From contig NW_026861766.1 in assembly GCF_026571515.1 (NCBI RefSeq), positions 1 through 64,000 on the forward strand: a stretch of 64,000 bases of DNA, in the 5' to 3' direction. Positions 54,613 to 64,000 of this stretch are shown here, in pieces. Under the pieces are notes generated by a model. It was not told where the DNA came from. It saw only the letters and a program-made list of their open reading frames with translations, and did no database searches. The DNA comes from Ruditapes philippinarum. Taxonomy: Eukaryota. How positions within the stretch are numbered: the first letter of the stretch is position 1; the number at the start of each line of letters is the position of its first letter. A program made the position numbers and the translations under genes.

Positions 54613-55429
54613 GTAATTCAACATTTCCGTTAAAAAATAACATTATTATTCTTTTCTTCTGCAAAGGCGTTAGCAAAGACCATAAAAAAGTTTGACTTGA
54701 TGATGCATTTAAGTTGGTTTTGAAGTTATACTTGCACTGGAATGGTATTATTATGATTTTCTAAATTATGTTAACTCAGTTTAGGAAACACAAGGTTACA
54801 CATAGACAGGAGCACAAAAACTTTCCATGAACTAGCTGCATATCGTAATTAAATAAAATGTATGACAGTCTCTAATTTAGAGAGTGATTTTTTTAATTCG
54901 ATACTATAGGCAAGCGATTTCATGTCTCCGGCCTCAGGTATTCGACATTCATAGTACACTTTTATTGATGTACTTTTGCAGTTATGTTTGAATTTTCATG
55001 TCGATATATGAAGAAACTATCAGAAATAATGAAGTAAACGAAACACTCGAAGTCTGTTCTAGATTTGTAAATGTTTGTTTGTCTGACGAAATAGTCTTGA
55101 GGTTCAGAATAAGGAATGTAGTATACAATAGAACAATTAAACCTATATACTTTATACATTGTATCACTATTTAAAGTAATTGTCCGTGTAACAAAAGTAA
55201 ACTGTTTACTTTAATTTTTAGTGCTTCTGTTTAGATTTCCACACGAAATCTTGAATATTTATTTACTTTACGGAATATTTGTTTGTACGCCTGCTTTTAC
55301 GTATCAGTGGAAACATTCGCTTGGTGATATGAATTGAATGCCTGTCTTAAGATATCGTAGGTTGGAAGAAAAATATTTGATTTGGGTAGAAACAAATTAT
55401 TGTACAAGAGGAAACACTTCTAAAAGGCC

Positions 55430-56090
55430 AATTATGCCCCGTAATGCTTCTATTTTTATTTCTCAAAAATATTGTTTGTGGTATTCTTTCATACAACTGT
55501 AGTTTCCAAAACGTTGCTCATTGGCCTATAAAATACCTGAACTGTCCTTTTCTTCTGTTGCTTTTTTTGCAATAAGTACATAATTAATACATAGTGAATT
55601 GGTTTGTGTGAAAATCAAAATACTACTTTCTGTAGATTTTGCTACTTTAATGACAAATTATTCACATTAAGCGCTACTTTCTTCAGGTAACAAGCATTTA
55701 ACATGCCATGGGACCATTATATGACCTTTAATAAATTTCCAATGTTCAACTTTTGTCGAGCATAAATCAAAACGTATTTGATATTTGATCTTTAGTCATG
55801 AATTTAACAGAAGAGTTGATCAGCATTCGAAGTTGTGCACCTTTGGTTTTGCATGTGGACTCATTCAGTTTTGTTAGAATTAATGCCCTTGACTTAGTAA
55901 AACTTTGCAATTTTCAACTTGTGTCACACGTAGCCCAAAAGATGTTTGACCTAGAGTCATGAAACTTTGACCTTCTTTAAAGAAGAAAATATTATTTTGT
56001 TTCTGGGGCATATTATGCCTTTAATAAATAATCATTTCACATTTTAAAGCTTTTACTGGGAAGCAAAGTCTAGCTTTATAATAGCCGAGC
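55430..56090. mobile_element. Degenerate Helentron-associated/pearl-like non-autonomous element (tentative)
   Basis: TTATGCCCC start. Internal partial repeats (TAGTCATGAATTT / GAGTCATGAAACTT, TTCAACTT, AATGCCCTTGAC) resemble the core units of these bivalve elements. Confidence 0.35.
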
Positions 56091-56159
56091 AGAAATTTAA
56101 CTTTTATGTTCTTATCAAATATTGTGCCCTACGTAATGATTTATTTGTTTTTATTTAAG

Positions 56160-56301
56160 TTGGTCATTGACAAATGGAAGGCAATGGTTAGATTTGGAAT
56201 GATGCATCTCATGGCGACAAACTTGTGTGTCCTACTGGTTACCGCCATCACGGAAACTGCCGAAGATTACCGACAACAGGATTATATTCAGAAAAATTTA
56301 A
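56160..56301 (+). CDS. otop: Otopetrin-family gene, exon 6 (TM5)
   Basis: Acceptor TTTAAG|TTG. Contains RFGMMHLMATNLC, a strong otopetrin signature. Donor A|GTATGT, phase 1. Confidence 0.92.
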
Positions 56302-56356
56302 GTATGTTAAAACCTACGAGAAGTATGAACGATGGCCTTGAACTTGTATCTGAATG

Positions 56357-56560
56357 CATCTGCGGGTGTTTCTAAATTAAAAATTTTACCATTTCATGTT
56401 TAAATAATGAATTTTGCTTAAGCCGGTGCTAGGGGCGTGGACGGTAGTTTGCACTTGACAGTATCGTCCATGAAGGGGCTCAATCCAACCGAGCTTGTAA
56501 CATTTACAATTTTGCCGTTTTGGGCTTTATTTAGGGATTCATATTTTTTCTCTATGTATC
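56357..56560 (+). repeat. Old dispersed repeat family (GCTTAAGCCGGTGCTAGGGGCGTGG core)
   Basis: Aligns with 43150-43330 and with the reverse complement of 62440-62630. Confidence 0.75.
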
Positions 56561-56859
56561 TTTATAGTGTTGTTCGAATTAGTTTTATAAAGTTCCACGA
56601 TGTCATACTTCAACTTCATAAATGTATGTAGTCAAACGATACATTTATAAGAAAATTGTTTAGTAGTATTACTAGACTTCTAAAATGTAGAATCCTAAGT
56701 AATGTGACAAAATATCAAACATATTTAAATTTAGATTAACACAGAAAAAACCTGCAGCCGTTCATATAAAACATTGTCACTTACTTGAGTACATTGCTTA
56801 AGAGTTATGATCATGAATATTCCAAACACTATTTATGATACCAGTACATGTTTTTTCAG

Positions 56860-57057
56860 CTTCTGTGGGAATGAAGTTGAAGAGCTGTTACGAGGATATC
56901 ACACTTGCACGATCGGCATCGCCCTACCTATTTCCGTGCACGATTATATACAGTATCATTGCGGCTGGTATCATCTATAGGTTATATCAGTATGTTGGGG
57001 TCAAGGTCAAACAGAGATGGCCTAGTCATACCTCATTGACAAGTTCAGTTCCACAGG
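56860..57057 (+). CDS. otop: Otopetrin-family gene, exon 7 (TM6)
   Basis: Acceptor TTTTTTCAG|CT. Encodes ASPYLFPCTIIYSIIAAGIIY. Donor G|GTAAGA, phase 1. Confidence 0.92.
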
Positions 57058-57495
57058 GTAAGAAATGCAATACTTACTGCTACATATTTTATTCGCCAAT
57101 ATTTCAATTCACAAACATTTGAATACTATCTTTTAGTGTATATAAATCTAGTAAATATAAAAGATAATAAAAGACAAAAAGTAAAACTTTCTTCTATTTT
57201 TGTATTGTCGGTGAGAGTGTTATCTTGAGGTTTATCTTGCCAGCGTCAATTATATAAAATATCAGGACGCCCAGCAGACATGGAGATAGTTTTTTGCTCT
57301 AGTTCGTAGACCCATGTAATTGAGTTTATAAATATTAAGTCTCGGCTGTCCAATTTATGAGCTTTTCAAAAGCAAGGTGGTTAGAAATGTAAACAAAAAG
57401 ATACTCATCTTGAAAATATAACGTTTTTATCAATGGGAGGATGCGTTTGCTTCTTTGAGTAATGCCTTAACGATTTGTCTTTATTTACGTTGTAG

Positions 57496-58196
57496 GTGCT
57501 ACAGGGATCGATTGCGACAAGGCAAACAAGGGTTTGTTCATGGGACTTCTAGTTGCTGTGCTGACCCTTATTGCCATTGCAACATTCTTCGTGTTTGAGA
57601 ATCGAATTTCTGATTCATCCACCGCTATCAAGGTTTTCTACGTCACAGAACTTGCTCTTATGGTCGTCACGGGCGTTGGGATAGTCTTGGGATACAAGCG
57701 TTTGGCTACACTGAAGTTCTTGCCTACGTACTTCCTGTCAGTTGATTCGGTCTTACTCATCGTGGCGCTTGCAGGGTCATACATTTATTTGTTCTTCATA
57801 CTCATTTCTGTACTTTCAAGTGAAGAGCTCATGGAAGTTGTAGGTGTTTTATCCGTGGTCACAATCGTTTTGGCGCTCATTCAAATCACGTTGCAGATCG
57901 TATTCATCTTAGATGGACTTTGTCGTTGCGCGGAGAATGATGTTCAAATGAGTGATAAGCCCGGTCGCTCTGTGGTCACATTCTTGTTGGTCTGTAATCT
58001 AGCTATGTGGGTGGTGAGCATGTTTGAAATTAAGAAAACACAAGTTCTACCAATGCATGAAACTTTCTACGGAATATTGGCGTGGAACATCATCACGCAT
58101 CTGTGTGTACCGCTCTTGATATTTTTCCGTTTTCACTCTGCCATCTGCCTCTCAAAGATCTGGTACAACGCTTATCAGAAAGAAAAACAAACCTGA
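57496..58196 (+). CDS. otop: Otopetrin-family gene, last exon (TM7-12)
   Basis: Acceptor TTGTAG|GT. Encodes IDCDKANKGLFMG, KPGRSVVTFLLVCNLAMW, FYGILAWNII..LCVPLLIFFRFHSAICL. TGA at 58194-58196. The eight exons sum to 2349 nt (782 aa + stop). Confidence 0.95.
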
Positions 58197-61100
58197 ATGC
58201 AGTCTGTATTGTATCTCAATTTATTTTTGTAAACAAAGTGTGGAACAAAAGAGTTGAACTGTAATTAAGGCAGCATGTATGAATGTAATTTACTTACCGA
58301 AAAATCTTAATATTTACCCATAATCTCAGGTACAATTCGAATTATCCGTCCAGTTGTGTCAAAGAGACCATCGTGCTACATAAACATCATAAAACATTGT
58401 TATTTCGAAAACTGCCGTGTACCTACTCTTCAGCTTAGTTTAACATGCATCTGTATGAAAGAATAGCTTTTTTCTTAATGAATATTTCAAAAAGGCACTG
58501 AAATGTCGTCTGCAATACGGATATACATGTTACATGTATTTGGATATATTTTCAAGCCTACATTGATTAATGCTATAAGAATTTTACATACATTATGCCA
58601 GTTGGAACTATGTATGAACATTTGAAAGAATGTGTATAGTGAAACTTAATATTCGTAATTTATTTATTGTGATTTTGTAGTTTGGATTCATAAATGAGAA
58701 AATGAGAGTTGATGTAATCATATAATTATGTATATTCTATATAATTGATATGTGTATTTTATGCAAGTGAATATTATGTTTACATATAGAATAGAACACT
58801 TTAGGACACTTTGTAAGTAGATAATATATTTCATACGTATGTCTGTACTCCATGTTCTTTAAATAAATATTGTAAAATAAAAGACAATGTGAATTAATTG
58901 TTCATTTCAACATTTTCCAAACCAATGCCGATTAAACAGTAGTCAAATCTTTATTTCTCATGTATATAATGGTGTTTAAAAACGCAATGCTTGTCTCTCG
59001 AATCAATAATAGTACAGTCCCTGGAGACCTTTTGTGTGCAAAAAAATATGAGTAAAAATACCCACAAGAATCCAAGATCAATTACGAAATGTACACAATC
59101 TAAACAAAGTCACTATTTTATAACCGTGGCTTACAACGCGATAAATGAAATATATACATGCTTTTTTATAAATACACTTTGGATATGTTTAGTGTAAAGG
59201 ATAAAATACCGCTAGCTAGAACCGGTGCTACGGGGGGGGGGGGGGCATGGGAAATGTTACACTTTTCGTTCAACTCTTATGAAAAACATTTTTGTTATTA
59301 TTGTTGTTAAGGATTCTCTTCTTTCAAAAATACGAAACACTAGATTAAACTTGGAATATACTGCACTAAATACAACTTTTACATTGCACAGAATGTACCG
59401 AGCACCAGAAAAAAATATATGAAATCAAAAATATGGTTGAAACAAAATATTTATTGGTACATTTAATGCTTTCTCAATCCTTGATCGATGAAAGATAAAA
59501 TAATTCATTCATTCATAATTGTATATATATTGTACTTATCAGATCAAGTTTGTAAATGAAGCGTAAAGTGGTATTTCCTGTAGTTAAATCAGGCCAAGGA
59601 CCAGGTAAAACATCAGATTTTATTCTAGATTGATTGAATAAGACCTGACTAGGGAAAATCATGTCAGATAACCGATATTATACACAACAATTCCGAAATG
59701 CTTTTTTTTAAAGAAACATTTGATTATATTTCAGCATGTGTCTGTAATCTTATGATCTTTTTAGAGAGCGTTTAGGAAAATGAAATAAATGCGATATCGG
59801 TATACCTAGCATTAAATTGTATGCAACGCACTAAGGTTAAAAGATACGCCAAAACTAGTGTGAAAGTATTTTCATTTTGTATAATTGATAAGTGCCTTCT
59901 TTAACTGTGTGCCCAAACAACACAATTCTAATATGACACGATGATTTATGGTAACAACAACGAATGTTGTTAATTTCATACTTATATTATCACATGGTAG
60001 AACTGTTGCACGATAATGAAATATTTCTGATAAAATTGTTATATTTTCTTATGATAACTAATACGTTCTTGGGAAATGTCCACGATGTTATGGTGCTATA
60101 AGTTTAATATTTCTTATCGTATTATGTTGCATTCTATTGAAAACATTCAATTTATCACAACGCTTAATGATGGAGAAAAAATATGATGCAACTTAGTTTC
60201 ACTTTTCATATTACAAATAAAGAAATCTGACTTGATTGATATGTTAGGCTTATGTTTAGTTTTCAGAATATTAAAAGCTATGATCTACAAATATCGGAAT
60301 ATTTTTCACTAGTTTGAATGTTATTGCTCAAGGATGCAAGTATTTTGGAGATATTTCAACTTAACAATTGATAACATTGGTATACTTATTTAAATTTTGA
60401 TATTTGACTATATCAATAAGCATTTTCTTTTAATATGTGAACTTAACATTGGAGCTATAATTATTCTTTTTCTAGCTTTGTGAGCGGCTTAAATCATATA
60501 AGTGTTTATGCTGCATTTCTATTCCTTTTACTAAGTTCATATCCCTGTTAGAATTATACAAGGTTTTTACAAAATACCACTAACCATTTATTTTGCACAA
60601 AAGTGACCTGAGGGAAAACAGCTGCGATATAAGAATCAAGATTGAAATATTCTTGAAAAATTTTAAGCTTTCAAGCAAACTAGCAGAACAAGATTTATCT
60701 AGTAAACCATCAGAAAATTTCTATGAATCACCAAAAGTCGGTGTATGTATACTTGTATAAGTTCTTATTTCCTTCCATTTTAATAAAACCGAACTAAATA
60801 TTGTGTAATGAGAAGTATAGTACATTTAGTTGATTTGATTTAAACGGAGGAGGTAGCATCTGTAAGAGGCATTTCTGTAAAATAGTGAAAAACAGAATCC
60901 CTAAAGAAAGCCCAACACGACAAAATTGAAAAGCCGTCAACACAATAATATTGAAGATTATTCCGGTTCCGGGGTGGGGGGAGGTTTGAGAGATGATCTC
61001 GATGTCGCACTTAAACATGATCTCTCATGGAAAATCGAACTGGACCTGCAATTTTCATATAATACTGTTATTACCATTGATTTGGAGGGGATAAACCGTT

Positions 61101-62439
61101 ATTTAGATTTTCTTTTTACGTATCTCACTTCAGTGCTGTTATATTTTTCTTGTTCTTCCAGCACATTAGTGTTAAAGATGGGATACCACTGAAACCGGTG
61201 CTAGGGGGCGACATGTGATGCGCTTGAACAATATCTCTCATGGACAGACTCATTTAAACCGAATTATTTAAACCGAGTCTGCAAATTTGATACTTTTGTT
61301 GTCCTTGCTTCCGAGAGATAACCCCTTTTTCAGATTTCTATAAAATATTGGTCATACACTGTGTCTAAATTGAATTAATTCAAACATTTTCACTCATATG
61401 TAAATACAGAGCTTATTCTTTGTACTCATTTTTAGAATCTCATTTTAATAAACATATTTTTTTTATTCTGTAATAAAATTGCCTGGGCAAATTCTACAGG
61501 ATTATTATTTTATCATTCTACGAGTACATGCATGATCCTAAAACACAGAAATGTGTACAGATACTTTTGCCAAGTTATAACAACACATTGTCTAGCCAAA
61601 TATCTTGTTTATGAATTCACTTGAATTCATTTCAAACAAGTCGATGTTTTTTTGTGTGTTTTTATCAGATAAGTTGGCAAGCAACATCTTTTTTTGAAAC
61701 ATTTTGACCAAAATAACGCAAATTAAGTTTTTTTGAAATTATAATGAGTGTTGAGTTGAACTGCAATGTTAAGTGATATATATCCTCTAGATTATTTTCA
61801 AAGAACTTTTTAATAAGCATCAAACGCTGGACAACAGACTAAAGCAGCGTAATCAAGTAACGTTTAAGATTTTTAATGTACACTAACTTGTATTGAAAAA
61901 ATGGAATAAGTTATGCTTTCAAAACAAATCATATCTCACAGGATATGATACAAACTAGCACTGGAACATAGCGATCATTACTATTTAAAAAAATACCCTT
62001 TTGAAAAAACTGGTAGATATTAATGTATCATATAAAATAAAATCAGTTGAAATTAGTTATTAGATAAATATTCTGAAATTATATTTTTCAGAAAATTCAT
62101 CCAAATCTTCTTCTGTGGCAAATTTGTATAAAACTTAAAAGTAAGCCATTTGATATAAGCCTCACTACCTGCAATATATTTCATTCATAATTTCAAAAAC
62201 AGAAATGTGCAAAATATTTGTGCCAAATTATAACAGACAGATTGCCAAAGGATTTCCCTTGTTGATATATTCTTATTTCTTCAAAGCTTTAAAACTTTTG
62301 AAAAAATGTCGAATGAATGATCGATAGGATGAAGCGTTCAGGAGATAATTTATTTGGAGAAACTTTGCTTCATCTGAATCCGCAAATATGACAGAAATAC
62401 AACAAATTATACCAACGGATACTATGATACGTTGTTAAG

Positions 62440-62630
62440 TAGAGAAAACGGAATCTCTAAAGAACGTCAAACACGGTATAATTGCCAATGTTGCAAGCTC
62501 GGTTTGATTGGGCTTGTTCATGGACGGTAGTGGTAAGTGCAAACTTTGTCCACACCCCCAGCTCAGGTAAAATTTAAAAATAAAACATAATAGGGTGAAC
62601 ATTGAAAGTACAAAATATCTCCAGATGTAT
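62440..62630 (-). repeat. Old dispersed repeat family, inverted copy
   Basis: The reverse complement GGGGGTGTGGACAAAGTTTGCACTTACCACTACCGTCCATGAACAAGCCCAATCAAACCGAGCTTGCAACATT matches 56427-56510. Confidence 0.72.
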
Positions 62631-63569
62631 TTTACGGTGGTTATCATGGAATCTTCAATGTGGCACTTTCGCGCCATTCCATGAAAGGCGGCGTATGGTC
62701 CTCACGAAAAAGAAAGCGTGTGCCCAAAACGAGAAAACAATTGGTGGAATAACCATAAGTTTAAAAAGGTAAACGGCAACGCACTAAAGTAATTCATTTA
62801 TGTAGATATTCTGTGACAAAGAAGACGTAAGCAACTTTTTTTATTTTCTTTTATTTATCACAAGGAGTATGTCATTAATTGTAAAACTAATAAATCACCA
62901 TATATCCAATTCAAGTTATAAAAAGATATCGCCCATGTGTTTTGACAATAAATAAAACATATCTTAGAGTTCGTGCATTTGCATATTGTCACATTGACTC
63001 TTTAGTATTATATCCGTTCGGTTAGGTTAACATGTAAAAAAAGAACTTGCACCACATTATAAAGTTTACAAAAAGACACTTTAGTATGTCAAATTTATTT
63101 TAATAAATATGTATATATCAGGCTTGTAAATAACACTAAACCTCCCGTTGTCTAATTATAGGAAGTAATATGTTTAGGATTGGATACAAGCATTATTGTT
63201 TTTATATGTGGGATGGCCTATTGTAACTTACAATGTTCACGAATAAACTACATTTGAATTCCATGACCAAACAATCACAAAACATTCCATAAATGATTTA
63301 TGTCTTAACTTGTTTAGAATTCCACACCTAGAACACTTGAATCATTGTTTACCTGTGAGATGATCTATTTGTACGTCCGTTTTGTGTCAAATGAGACGAA
63401 CAGAAAGAGAGCAATATTTTCAATGACTACCTGTTGGTTTTCGATCAAACATGGCCCAGATTAAAGAAGCACCCGTTAAGTAATATTAGAGATTATGTTA
63501 TGGAGAAAGAAACAAAGACACTGGGTCTAGGTGTAACATGTTTTAGGCCAGGGCGGTGTAACCACGTTT

Positions 63570-64000
63570 GTTCAGCCCGCCGTGCAAAGAATAAGGAATT
63601 TTGTGTCAAACACCTCCTCCAACCACATTTAAATAGTCTATTTTAATACATATTCTTATAAATAGGGTGTGTACAACATAATACAAATAACATTATATTA
63701 AATTTTATTTGACATAATGTGAGAAAATTCGCAGAAAAAATCAGAAATAAATAAAACCTAAGTTTATCGAATTCTAAGGACGGACATGCAAATGAAACAT
63801 GAAAGTGTGAGAAAGGAACTCGTCGTTCCTCTATAAAATCATCAAAAATGACAAACACTGATTCAGTTCTATGAACTGAAAGACAAAGAATGTTCATGTT
63901 ATGGATAAATCGCGGAAGCACACCACCAAAGAAGGCTAAGACAGCAAAGTCCTTGGGATAGCTGATGTGTTTTTTATAGATATCCACGGCGTCGTACTCG
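63570..64000 (+). pseudogene. Decayed Tc1/mariner (mariner-type) transposase fragment, running off the window
   Basis: Frame-broken + strand peptides in mariner order: NVRKFAEKI..VYRILRTDMQMKHESVR (cf. TVREIA..VHRIL..DLGMRKVSAR), FLYKIIKNDKH* (cf. FL..IITGDETW), QFYELKDKE, WINRGSTPPKKAKTAKSLG*LMCF..DIHGVVL. Confidence 0.75.

Noticed and set aside
62455-62535. SDR-like peptide KHGIIANVASSV
   Set aside because: Contains a stop and is explained as the reverse strand of the dispersed repeat family.
63643-63987. 114-aa minus-strand ORF
   Set aside because: No recognisable motif; the + strand carries ordered mariner transposase remnants.

Overview
AT-rich, intron-containing animal genomic DNA. 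The C1q-domain gene and the SINE/MITE families suggest a bivalve mollusc (inference). There is one 130-N gap and two stretches that look like uncorrected long-read sequence. Four protein-coding loci could be assembled by hand from GT-AG exons with matching phases. (1) A secreted coiled-coil + C1q-domain gene (+, 3349-7876). (2) A two-exon RING + NHL-repeat E3-ligase-like gene with no B-box, coiled-coil or filamin region, ending in ...LFLCCK (+, 15857-17654, 415 aa). (3) A three-exon type II membrane glycosyltransferase-like gene (-, 25273-20985) with a 1-nt frameshift and an EDD>EDY change; its first intron is almost all satellite and MITE. (4) An eight-exon otopetrin proton-channel family gene (+, 31479-58196, about 782 aa) with an acidic/PKE-repeat N-terminus, a 19.7-kb first coding intron and substitutions at normally conserved permeation residues. 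The rest comprises 27-, 39/25- and 31-bp tandem arrays, four Sola-like palindromic MITEs, an IS3EU-like MITE, tRNA-derived SINEs, strand-polar hairpin elements, an old dispersed repeat family and a decayed mariner transposase at the right edge. The best leads are the atypical otopetrin, a repeated X-box-bearing module in its intron, the minimal RING-NHL protein and the ssDNA-hairpin-like elements.
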